From Novosphingobium sp. (GTDB lineage Bacteria; Pseudomonadota; Alphaproteobacteria; Sphingomonadales; Sphingomonadaceae): a DNA stretch of 64,000 nt. The first letter of the stretch is position 1. The number at the start of each line of letters is the position of its first letter. The stretch spans positions 439,249-503,248 of the forward strand of contig JACKKY010000004.1 of the NCBI GenBank assembly GCA_024236175.1, in the 5' to 3' direction. Below, one piece after another: positions 1-7,922 of this stretch. The notes beneath the pieces were generated by a model. That model was not told the DNA's origin, ran no database searches, and saw only the letters and a list, made by a program, of their open reading frames with translations. The position numbers and the translations under genes are program-made.

Positions 1-17
1 GCCATTCGGGCAAGCGG

Positions 18-37
18 TTTTTGCAGTGCAGCAAAAG
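18..37. repeat. 20-nt hairpin-forming repeat TTTTTGC-AGTGCA-GCAAAAG, copy 1 (copy 2 at 5730-5749)
   Basis: 18 of 20 positions are identical to 5730-5749. It has a 7-bp AU-clamped stem and a 6-nt loop. It lies about 20 nt past the porin stop codon on the sense (minus) strand. Confidence 0.6.
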
Positions 38-57
38 ACCGCGCGCCATCCTTTCGC

Positions 58-1278
58 TCAGAACTTGAATTCGGCCTGCAGCCAGAACTTCTCGGTATCG
101 ACCGAGAAGCCGCTGGCATCGTAGTTCGCGTATTTCGCCAGGATGCCGACGGGGCCGAGCTTGAAGCCCAGGCTCGCGTCCCATTCGCTGCCGTAGCTGA
201 TGCTGCCGACGTCGCTGTCGAACTCGTGGTAGACGACCTGCGCGTTCAGGCCGGGAAGCAGATCCAGGCCCTTGAAATTGTAGGATGCGCCGAAATAGAT
301 GTCCTCGATCCCGGCCGGCGGCGTGTTCAGGAAGACGTCGGCCCAGCCGTTGAAGGCATGCAGCGTGGCCATCGGCGTGCGGAAACCGGCGCCATTGTCG
401 CTGCCGAGCAGCTCGTAGCCGGCCTTGAGACCGAAACCGGAGAAGGAGACGCCCGCTTCGCCGTGGATATAGTCGGCCGAGTAATCGAGCGGGCTGTTCT
501 TGTAGTCCTTCTGCTTGGCATAGCTCGCCGCGAGATCGAGCTTGAAACCGGTGCCCAGCGGGAACGAGGCCGTGGCGCGCGCGCCGTAGGTCTGGGTGCT
601 GTTGGCAAGCGCGTCGTCGAAGTCGAGCAGGTAGGCGAAGCCCTTGAGCTTGATCGGCCCGGCATCCACCCCGGCGCCCGCGAAAATGAAGTCGCCCTGG
701 AAATTCTGCCTCGGCCCGGCATCGACGCCGAAGATCGTATGCTGCGCGATCGAATAGGTGGCGTCGAGGCTGACCGGGCCGACCTTGGTCTGGCCACGGA
801 TCGCATCGAAGGTCTGCTCGTTCTGGCGCCAGCCGACGTTTCCGACGAACCGCGCATTGTCGAGAATGATCCGCTGCCGGCCGAGAGTAACCGCGCTGGC
901 GCCCTGCTTGTACATGAGCTGCAGCCGGTTGAGTTCGACATTGTCGGGATCGGCGACGACCGAATAGGGCTCCACGCCGTTGCCGACGTTGGTGTCGTTG
1001 TAGTCGTCGATCATGGCCAGCGTGCCTTCGGCTTCGACCAGCAGCGACAAATTGTTCATCTTGAACTCGGCACCGGCACGCAGACGCATCGTCAGGGCAT
1101 CGGCATTCCTCGCCGCATTGTCCTGATCAACCGTTTCGTAGCGCAGACGGCCGTCGATGATCGGGTCGATCGTCAGGCTGTCGCTGACCACCACGGGGTC
1201 GCCCGATGCCGCATACGCAGGGTGAGCGGCAGCGATCGGCGCCGCAAGCGCGGCCGCCGTTAGCAGTTGTTTCCTCAT
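58..1278 (-). CDS. Outer-membrane beta-barrel porin, alginate-export (AlgE-like) family; terminal gene of the nitrate-uptake operon
   Basis: It has the signal peptide MRKQLLTAAALAAPIAAAHPAYA, the family-typical segment GRQRIILDNARFVGNVGWRQNEQTFDA, alternating beta-strand pattern and a C-terminal Phe (AEFKF). It is co-directional with and 52 nt downstream of the ABC ATPase gene. Confidence 0.75.
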   Translation of the reverse strand: MRKQLLTAAALAAPIAAAHPAYAASGDPVVVSDSLTIDPIIDGRLRYETVDQDNAARNADALTMRLRAGAEFKMNNLSLLVEAEGTLAMIDDYNDTNVGNGVEPYSVVADPDNVELNRLQLMYKQGASAVTLGRQRIILDNARFVGNVGWRQNEQTFDAIRGQTKVGPVSLDATYSIAQHTIFGVDAGPRQNFQGDFIFAGAGVDAGPIKLKGFAYLLDFDDALANSTQTYGARATASFPLGTGFKLDLAASYAKQKDYKNSPLDYSADYIHGEAGVSFSGFGLKAGYELLGSDNGAGFRTPMATLHAFNGWADVFLNTPPAGIEDIYFGASYNFKGLDLLPGLNAQVVYHEFDSDVGSISYGSEWDASLGFKLGPVGILAKYANYDASGFSVDTEKFWLQAEFKF

Positions 1279-1330
1279 TCTTCTATTCCTTCCTGACGTG
1301 AACTCAGCCCAGGTCAGGCATCCTCTCCGC

Positions 1331-3010
1331 CTAGGCCGCCTGCGCTTGCGGCCCGTGATCGTATTCGGCGAGGAAGTGCAGAACCTCCTGCCGGTATTGG
1401 TAGAACTTGGGATGCTCGAGCAGCGCCTTGCGATCCCGTGGACGCGGCAGGTCTACTTCGAGGATCTTGCCGATCGTGGCCCGCGGCCCGTTGGTCATCA
1501 TCACCACGCGGTCAGCCAGCAGGATCGCCTCGTCGACATCGTGGGTGACCATGATCGCCGTCACCTTGGTGCGGTTCCAGACCTCGACCAGCACGTCCTG
1601 CAAGTCCCAACGGGTCAGGCTGTCGAGCATGCCAAAAGGCTCGTCGAGCAGCAGCAGCCGCGGGCTCAGGGCGAATGCCCGGGCGATACCCACGCGCTGG
1701 CGCATGCCGTTGGACATCTCGGACGCGAGCTTGTCCATCGCGGCGCCGAGACCGACGCGGTCGAGATAATATTCGACAATGTCGCGGCGCTCCGAGCGCG
1801 GAGCGTGCGGATAGACCCGCTCGACGCCCAGCGCCACGTTCTGCCGGGCAGTCAGCCACGGCATCAGGCTGGGAGCCTGGAAGACCACGGCCTTGTCGGG
1901 CCCCGCCACGTCGATCTCGCGATTGTCGAGCACGATTCCGCCGCCGCTGATCTCGTTGAGACCCGCCGCCATGGTCAGCACGGTCGACTTGCCGCAGCCC
2001 GAATGGCCGATAAGCGAGACGAACTCGCCCTTGTCCATGAGCAGGTTGAAATCCTCGACCACGGTCAGCGGGCCGTTGGGCGTGGGGTAGACCTTGTCGA
2101 GCTTGTAGAATTCGAGATAGCGGCGCTCGACCGCGCTTTGCGCCGCCTCGCGATAAGCCTGCGGCGGCGGGGCGAGGTCGAGCGGCGTCACATTGGGCAG
2201 GTCGACCAGCGAATCCCCGACGGTGCTGCTCTCGGCATTGAGCGATCCGAGGTAGGAGACGATCTCTCGCCGCAAGTGCTGGAACCCGGCGTCGTCGTTG
2301 ACCGCCTCGCGATCGCGCGGACGCGCGACATCGACATCGAAAATCCGGCCGATCCGCGCTGCCGGTGCAGGGGTCAACACCGCAACGCGGTCGGCCAGAA
2401 GCAGGGCCTCGTCGACATCGTTGGTGACGAGGATGATGGTGCGCCGCTCATCGCCGCGAATGCGCTCGATCTCGTCCTGCAGCTTGGCGCGGGTCAGGGC
2501 ATCGAGGGCGGAAAGCGGCTCGTCGAGCAGCAGGATCTCGGGCTCCATCGCCAGCGCGCGAGCAACCGCCACGCGCTGGCGCATGCCGCCCGATAGCTGG
2601 GCGGGCTTGCGGTCCATCGCATGGCCGAGGCCGACGAGTTCGACCTTCTGCTTCACCAGCGCGGCCCGGTCCGCGGCGCTGCGGTCCTTGTGGACGGCAT
2701 CGACGGCAAGCGCGACATTCTTCTCGACGCTGAGCCAGGGGAACAGCGAATAGGACTGGAACACCAGGCCGCGATCCTTGTCGGGACCGGTGACCGGCTC
2801 GCCGCGAAGCAGGATCTCGCCGGCGTCGGGCTCGACCAGGCCGGCGATCGAGGAGATCAGCGTGGTCTTGCCGGCTCCCGAGAAACCGAGGATCGCGATG
2901 AATTCGCCTTCCTCGACTTCCAGGTCGATACCGCCGAGCACTTCGGTGACGCTGCCGGTCTTGCCGGCATAGGCCTTGGCGACGCCGCGCAGGGAAAGGA
3001 TCGGTTCCAT
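1331..3010 (-). CDS. Nitrate/nitrite (NitT/TauT-type) ABC transporter ATP-binding protein with two fused ATPase domains
   Basis: It carries two Walker A motifs (GFSGAGKTT, GHSGCGKST), two ABC signatures (LSGGMRQRV, MSNGMRQRV) and two Walker B motifs (LLLDEP twice). It sits directly downstream of the nrtB-like permease. Confidence 0.85.
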   Translation of the reverse strand: MEPILSLRGVAKAYAGKTGSVTEVLGGIDLEVEEGEFIAILGFSGAGKTTLISSIAGLVEPDAGEILLRGEPVTGPDKDRGLVFQSYSLFPWLSVEKNVALAVDAVHKDRSAADRAALVKQKVELVGLGHAMDRKPAQLSGGMRQRVAVARALAMEPEILLLDEPLSALDALTRAKLQDEIERIRGDERRTIILVTNDVDEALLLADRVAVLTPAPAARIGRIFDVDVARPRDREAVNDDAGFQHLRREIVSYLGSLNAESSTVGDSLVDLPNVTPLDLAPPPQAYREAAQSAVERRYLEFYKLDKVYPTPNGPLTVVEDFNLLMDKGEFVSLIGHSGCGKSTVLTMAAGLNEISGGGIVLDNREIDVAGPDKAVVFQAPSLMPWLTARQNVALGVERVYPHAPRSERRDIVEYYLDRVGLGAAMDKLASEMSNGMRQRVGIARAFALSPRLLLLDEPFGMLDSLTRWDLQDVLVEVWNRTKVTAIMVTHDVDEAILLADRVVMMTNGPRATIGKILEVDLPRPRDRKALLEHPKFYQYRQEVLHFLAEYDHGPQAQAA

Positions 3011-3024
3011 CGCGCCTTACTCCC

Positions 3025-4077
3025 TCAGACGGTGTGGTTGCGGTTGGCGATCGCCTGCAGACCCATCATCATGCGGTCGAGCAGGAAGCCGATCAGGCCG
3101 ATGACGATGACGGCGAACATGATGCGCGCCAGGCTTTGCGAGCTGCCGTTCTGGAACTCGTCCCAGACGAACTTGCCGAGGCCGGGGTTCTGGGCGAGCA
3201 TTTCCGCCGCGATCAGCACCATCCAGCCCACGCCCAGCGAAAGGCGCATACCGGTGAAGATGTAAGGCAGCGACGAGGGCAGGACGAGCCGGGTCAGCTT
3301 GGCGAACCAGCCGAGGCGCAGCACGCGGCCGACGTTGAGCAGGTCCTTGTCGATCGAGGCGGTTCCCACCGCGGTGTTGATCAGCGTCGGCCAGAGCGAG
3401 CAGAGCATCACGACGATGGCAGAGATAACGAAGCTCTTGGCCAGCAACGGATCCGCGCTGGTGATAGTGGCGGAGACCACCATGGTCACGATCGGCAGCC
3501 AGGCCAGCGGGCTGACCGGCTTCATGATCTGCACCAGCGGGTTGATGGCCGCGTTGAGCGTCGGCGAAAGGCCGCAGGCGAGGCCGATCGGCACGGCGAA
3601 GATGGTCGCGAGCAAAAAGCCGAGCGCCACGGTTTCAAGCGACGTGAAGACCTGGTCGAGGAACGTCGGCGGACCGGAATATTCGAAGGCCTGCGCCTGC
3701 GTTCCGGCCGCAATCCTTGCTTCCTGCGCGGCTTCGAACTCCGCCTTGGCGTCCTGCGACGCCTGCCATTCCCCGAACAGGGTCACGCCCTGCTCGGCGA
3801 CTTCGACCGGCCCCGGAAGGGCCCCGAGCGACGTATCGACCTGCGGCGCCAGCACCGCCCAGAGCCCGATGAACGCCAGAATGCCGAGCATCGGGGCGAA
3901 GAGCGGCTTGCCGAACCTGGCGAGCAGCGCCGGAAGCGCTCCCTCGGAAGCCGAAGGCTTCTTCGGTTCGGGCGCGGCGCCGGGATCGGACGACCCGGCT
4001 TCAGGCGATGCGGCCTTTGTTTCGGTTCCGGTCGCTTCGGCCGGGGCATGGGCGACATCTGCGAATGCGGTTGCCAT
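3025..4077 (-). CDS. nrtB: Nitrate ABC transporter permease
   Basis: It has multiple hydrophobic helices and a BPD-type permease core (KPVSPLAWLPIV...). It lies between the nrtA-like and ATPase genes. It also has a low-complexity N-terminal extension. Confidence 0.8.
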   Translation of the reverse strand: MATAFADVAHAPAEATGTETKAASPEAGSSDPGAAPEPKKPSASEGALPALLARFGKPLFAPMLGILAFIGLWAVLAPQVDTSLGALPGPVEVAEQGVTLFGEWQASQDAKAEFEAAQEARIAAGTQAQAFEYSGPPTFLDQVFTSLETVALGFLLATIFAVPIGLACGLSPTLNAAINPLVQIMKPVSPLAWLPIVTMVVSATITSADPLLAKSFVISAIVVMLCSLWPTLINTAVGTASIDKDLLNVGRVLRLGWFAKLTRLVLPSSLPYIFTGMRLSLGVGWMVLIAAEMLAQNPGLGKFVWDEFQNGSSQSLARIMFAVIVIGLIGFLLDRMMMGLQAIANRNHTV

Positions 4078-4107
4078 GGGATTACTCCTAGCTGGACTTC
4101 GTGCTGC

Positions 4108-5532
4108 CTACTGAACGCCCGCCGGCGTCACCCGCTGGCCTTCCTTCAGGCCGATCGAGAACTTGGCGAGGTAGGCGTTGGGCTTCTTGCCGTCGTAGGT
4201 GATGCCGTCGATGAAACCGCCCTGCGGCTTGCGGTAACCGTCGGTCTCGGGGATCGCTTCCTTGGCGATCGTGCCTTTCTCGGCCAGCGCGTTGGCGGCG
4301 GCGAGATAGAGGTCCGGCCGATAGACCGCCTTGGCGGTGTCGAAATACCACTGGTCCGGATGATCCTCGGGGATCTGGCCCCAGCGGCGCATCTGCGTGA
4401 GGTACCAGATGGCGTCCGAATAGAACGGATAGCCGGCGAACTTGTCGAAGAAGATGTTGAAGCCGGGAGCCGGCCGGGTATCGCCCGGCTCGAAGGTGAA
4501 CTTGCCGGTCATGGAAGCCGCGATAACCTCGTAATCCGCGCCGACGTAGTTCGGCTGCGAGAGGATCTTCACCGCTTCGGGACGGTTCGCGCCGCTGTCG
4601 GCATCGAGCCATTGCTGGGCCTTGATCATTGCCCGCAGGACCGCCGCGGTCGTCGCCGGATACTTCTCGGCGAAATCCTTGCGCAGGCCGAAGACCTTTT
4701 CCGGATTGTCGTCCCAGATCTCGTCGTCGGTGATCACCGGCACGCCGATCTTCTTGAACACCGCGGCCTGGTTCCACGGTTCGCCGACGCAGTAGCCCTC
4801 GATCGTGCCCGCCTCGAGCGTCGCCGGCATCTGCGGCGGCGGCGTGACCGAAAGCTGGACATCGGCATCGACAAGCCCGGTCACGTCACCCGCGGTGTAG
4901 TATCCGGGGTTGAGGCCGCCTGCCGCAAGCCAATAGCGCAGCTCGTAATTGTGCGTGCTGACCGGGAAGACCATGCCCATCTTGAAGGGCTTGCCCTGCT
5001 TTTCGAAGGTGGCGACCACCGGCTTGAGGACCGAGGCGGAGATCGGATGCTTGGGCTTGCCGTCAGGCTGCTTGGGCAAGTCCGGCTTCACCATGTTCCA
5101 GACCTTGTTGGACAGGGTGATGGCATTGCCGTTGAGGTCCATGCTGAGCGGCGCGATCAGCTCGGCCTTGGTGCCGTAGCCGATCGTGGCGGCAATCGGC
5201 TGGCCCGCGAGCATGTGGGCTCCGTCGAGCTGGCCGCCGATCACACCGTCGAGCAGCACTTTCCAGTTGGCCTGCGGCTCGAGCGTGACGTTGAGGCCCT
5301 CCTCGGCGAAGAAGCCCTTTTCCTTGGCGATCGCGAGCGGCGCCATGTCGGTCAGCTTGATGAAACCGAATTTCAGATTCGGTTTCTCGACCGCGCCTTC
5401 CACTGCTGCCGGAGCAACGGCATCGCCCGATGACGAATCCGCACCCTTGCCGCATCCGGCGAGCGCCACACCGGCGAGCAGTGCCGCCGCGAAACCCCGC
5501 CTGTCGAACCGAAATCCACGATCCTTGACCAT
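4108..5532 (-). CDS. nrtA: Nitrate ABC transporter substrate-binding lipoprotein (NrtA/CmpA family) with a Tat-type signal
   Basis: The N-terminus [20 protein letters not shown] combines a twin-Arg motif with a lipobox Cys. The NrtA-like body includes [21 protein letters not shown] and CVGEPWN. It is the first gene after the ANTAR leader. Confidence 0.85.
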   Translation of the reverse strand: MVKDRGFRFDRRGFAAALLAGVALAGCGKGADSSSGDAVAPAAVEGAVEKPNLKFGFIKLTDMAPLAIAKEKGFFAEEGLNVTLEPQANWKVLLDGVIGGQLDGAHMLAGQPIAATIGYGTKAELIAPLSMDLNGNAITLSNKVWNMVKPDLPKQPDGKPKHPISASVLKPVVATFEKQGKPFKMGMVFPVSTHNYELRYWLAAGGLNPGYYTAGDVTGLVDADVQLSVTPPPQMPATLEAGTIEGYCVGEPWNQAAVFKKIGVPVITDDEIWDDNPEKVFGLRKDFAEKYPATTAAVLRAMIKAQQWLDADSGANRPEAVKILSQPNYVGADYEVIAASMTGKFTFEPGDTRPAPGFNIFFDKFAGYPFYSDAIWYLTQMRRWGQIPEDHPDQWYFDTAKAVYRPDLYLAAANALAEKGTIAKEAIPETDGYRKPQGGFIDGITYDGKKPNAYLAKFSIGLKEGQRVTPAGVQ

Positions 5533-5566
5533 ATGCTGTTCAATCCCGTCTACGCTTGCGACAATG

Positions 5567-5612
5567 AAAAAAGCCGCCTCGACATGGTCCCCTCGGGACC
5601 AGATCGGGCGGC
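5567..5612 (-). terminator. Intrinsic terminator inside the nrtA leader (target of antitermination)
   Basis: The sense strand reads GCCGCC-cgatct-GGTCC-cgagg-GGACC-atgtcga-GGCGGC followed by TTTTTT. It lies 35 nt upstream of the nrtA ATG. Confidence 0.75.
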
Positions 5613-5675
5613 GCCATTGCCACTCAAATGTAAGTGTTCAGCAGAGCGACTCGCTGCAGCCCATCATTGGGCCGC
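5608..5675 (-). promoter_or_regulatory. ANTAR-type dual hexaloop RNA element (NasT binding site / antiterminator)
   Basis: Sense-strand hairpin 1 is GCGGCCC-AATGAT-GGGCTGC (5656-5675). Hairpin 2 is GTGGC-AATGGC-GCCGC (5608-5623). Both loops are 6 nt with A at position 1 and G at position 4. The 3-prime arm of hairpin 2 is the 5-prime arm of the terminator. Confidence 0.8.
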
Positions 5676-5729
5676 ATCGCCTCTGCTGCCATCGTGAGTA
5701 AGCGATTCGGGGGTGCCGCGTAAACCCTT

Positions 5730-5749
5730 TTTTTGCAGCGCAGCAAAAA
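5730..5749. repeat. 20-nt hairpin-forming repeat TTTTTGC-AGCGCA-GCAAAAA, copy 2
   Basis: It is near-identical to 18-37. It lies 7 nt past the nasS stop codon and upstream of the nrtA leader. Confidence 0.6.
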
Positions 5750-5756
5750 TATCCTG

Positions 5757-6968
5757 TCACGGAAGCTTCGCGAGATAACCTGGAAGGTCGGCCGGATCGA
5801 ATACGAGGCCATCGAAAAAACGGTTATTTGTCATGGTCATATCGCCTTGCTGCATGGACACTGCAAGCGGGCCGGACAAGCTCCCTTCGACTTTCGAACT
5901 GGCCCCCGGCAGCGGCTCCCCGGTCCCCGCCAATGCACTGCGGTATACGTCCGGCCGGAACACCCGGGCGGCCTGCTGGGCTTCTTCGGGGTCGAACGGG
6001 ATGCCGTCCCAGCGCACCATCTGCGTGTAGAACCACTGCGCCTGGCTGACCCACGGAAAGTTGGCAGCTTCCCGGTACTGGAACATGAAATCGGCAAAAT
6101 GCACGGTGTCTTGCCCGCGCGCCATCAGCAGACGATCGGAGATCGCCCGCCGGATCAGGCGCGCATCCCCGTCGAGATATTGCGGGCGCGCCAGGATCGC
6201 TGCGTTCGCATTCCAGTTTTCGGGGTCGACGAAATGCGCCCCGGCCTTGCGCAAGGCGCGAATCAGGGCCTCGACCGAGCCGCGCTGCTGCTCCAGCACC
6301 GGCTCGCGCAAGGCGAGGACCTTCTCGACCCCGCGCCGCCAGATCTGCGCCGTGGCGAGCACGATCACCCCTGCCCCGCGCTCAACCGCAACGCTGTTCC
6401 AGGGCTCGCCGACGCAGATCGCGTCGACTTCACCGGCCGCCAGCGCATCTGCGCAGAACGGCGGCGGCACGGTGGTGATCTCCACGTCCCTGTCCGGCCG
6501 GATGCCGCAGGCGGCAAGCCAGTAGCGCATCATGTAGTTGTGGCTGGAATAACGATGGACAACACCGAACCGCAGCGGCTTTCCGGCCTCGATCCGCTGC
6601 CGGGCGACTTCGGCAAGCGCCGCGCCGACGATCGCCGGATCTCCCAGCCGCCCGGGCGGGCTCACCCGCGCGGCGATTTCCGGCCGCATCGTGATCGCGT
6701 TTCCGTTGAGCCCCAGCACGAACGGCACAGACAGCGGCTGTGCCGGCCGCCCCCGCCCCAGTGTGGTGGCGATGGCGAGCGGCGCGACAAGATGCGCAGC
6801 GTCGCTGTGGCCGTAAAGCAGGCGATCCAGCACCGTCGCCCAGCTCACGTCCTTCACCAGCCGCAGGGTGAGCCCTTCTTCCTCGGCAAAACCATGCTCC
6901 TGCGCAAGGATCGGCAGGCAGGCATCGACCAGCGGCAGGAAACCGATGTTCATCTCGGTTTTCATCAC
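5757..6968 (-). CDS. nasS: Cytoplasmic NrtA-like nitrate/nitrite sensor protein
   Basis: It has an NrtA-family body without any signal peptide (MMKTEMNIGFLPLVDACLPILAQEHGFAEEEGL..., CVGEPWN). Its start overlaps the nasT stop (GTGA/TGATG). Confidence 0.8.
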   Translation of the reverse strand: MMKTEMNIGFLPLVDACLPILAQEHGFAEEEGLTLRLVKDVSWATVLDRLLYGHSDAAHLVAPLAIATTLGRGRPAQPLSVPFVLGLNGNAITMRPEIAARVSPPGRLGDPAIVGAALAEVARQRIEAGKPLRFGVVHRYSSHNYMMRYWLAACGIRPDRDVEITTVPPPFCADALAAGEVDAICVGEPWNSVAVERGAGVIVLATAQIWRRGVEKVLALREPVLEQQRGSVEALIRALRKAGAHFVDPENWNANAAILARPQYLDGDARLIRRAISDRLLMARGQDTVHFADFMFQYREAANFPWVSQAQWFYTQMVRWDGIPFDPEEAQQAARVFRPDVYRSALAGTGEPLPGASSKVEGSLSGPLAVSMQQGDMTMTNNRFFDGLVFDPADLPGYLAKLP

Positions 6969-7543
6969 GTCTTTCCCATCAGTTCATGCGCGGTGATCAC
7001 CGCTTCGGCGATATCGGCGATGCGCCGACCCTGATTCATCGCGGTGCGGCGCAGTTCGCCATAGGCTTCGGGTTCCGGCAGTCCGCGACTGTCCATGAGG
7101 ATGCGCTTCGCCTTGTCGACGGCTTCGCGTTCGGCAAGCTGCCCGCGCGCCTCGGCAAGATCGGACTGGAGGCGCGCAAATGCCCTGAACCGCCGCACGG
7201 CGAGGTCCAGAAGCGGACGGATGCGGTTGGCGGCCAGGCCATCGACCACATAGGCGGACACGCCCGCCTCGACCGAAGCGGCAATGGATTCCTCGTCCGA
7301 TTCGTCGACGAACATGGCGATCGGCCTGTCGAGCACCCGGCTGACGGCGAAATACTCCTCGAGCACGTCGCGCGACGGGTTGCCCAGGTCCATCAGCACG
7401 ATGTCCGGTGCAATCTCGGTAATCCGCGCAAGCAGCCCGTTGCGGTCGGAGACCACGAAAATTTCGCAGTCGTCCAACTCGGCGAGGCCTTCCTGAATTA
7501 CCGAGGCACGCGCTGGACTTTCATCGACGATGGCAATGCGCAT
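6965..7543 (-). CDS. nasT: Response-regulator receiver plus ANTAR RNA-binding antiterminator
   Basis: The sequence MRIAIVDESPARASVIQEGL... is a receiver domain. The C-terminal AVDKAKRILMDSRGLPEPEAYGELRRTAMNQGRRIADIAEAVI is ANTAR-like. I chose the start at 7543 because the 23 upstream codons in the track have low GC3. Confidence 0.85.
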   Translation of the reverse strand: MRIAIVDESPARASVIQEGLAELDDCEIFVVSDRNGLLARITEIAPDIVLMDLGNPSRDVLEEYFAVSRVLDRPIAMFVDESDEESIAASVEAGVSAYVVDGLAANRIRPLLDLAVRRFRAFARLQSDLAEARGQLAEREAVDKAKRILMDSRGLPEPEAYGELRRTAMNQGRRIADIAEAVITAHELMGKT

Positions 7544-7872
7544 GCAGATATTGTGCAGTGCAATATTAGCGGCGGCAAGCAGAAAGCTCAGAATACTCGG
7601 GCTCCGTACCACCCTTCCACTTGTATCGCTGCAATGCGGCGCAAAACCTCATCGCGCACCGCACTATTTCGGCACGGTTGATGCACGCCGGCGTCCGCGC
7701 GAGCATGTCGAGCGGGTGACCGAGGCGCGCGCCCGTATCGGCCGCGACCGGACCGCCGATTCCCGCTGCGCCGACCTGCTTCGCGATCCGAGGGGCTCGA
7801 TGCGCAGGCTCCAAGCGGCACTGGGCAAATAGGAGGTGGAACGGAAAGGCTGACGCGGAGCGGAAGCCCCGC

Positions 7873-7901
7873 AAAAAGAAAGGGGGCCGCAAGGCCCCCT
7901 T
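7873..7901 (-). terminator. Intrinsic terminator after the amidohydrolase gene
   Basis: The sense strand reads AAGGGGGCC-ttgc-GGCCCCCTT followed by TCTTTTT. It starts 22 nt past the stop codon at 7923. Confidence 0.7.
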
Positions 7902-7922
7902 CCCGGTTCATGTTGTGAAGCC

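Noticed and set aside
1291-1316. The hairpin CCTGAC-N15-GTCAGG lies between the ABC ATPase gene and the porin gene. I considered it as a second ANTAR target or a terminator.
   Set aside because: The loop is 15 nt rather than a hexaloop with A1/G4, and no U-tract follows. It is probably just an intercistronic structure.
3034-5433. A 799-aa plus-strand ORF spans nrtB, the intergenic gap and nrtA in antisense.
   Set aside because: Its composition is Arg/Gly/Asp/His-rich low complexity, it has no recognisable motif, and its codon position 3 mirrors the GC3 of the real minus-strand genes. This is a typical stop-codon-free antisense frame of a high-GC genome.
7640-7800. There is coding-like GC3 periodicity in the 330-nt gap between the terminator at 7873-7901 and nasT. 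The minus frame reads ...IAKQVGAAGIGGPVAADTGARLGHPLDMLARTPACINRAE....
   Set aside because: There is no start codon with a ribosome-binding site, and the track ORF begins inside the terminator hairpin. The product has no recognisable motif. It may be a relic of a decayed gene, but I cannot support a feature.
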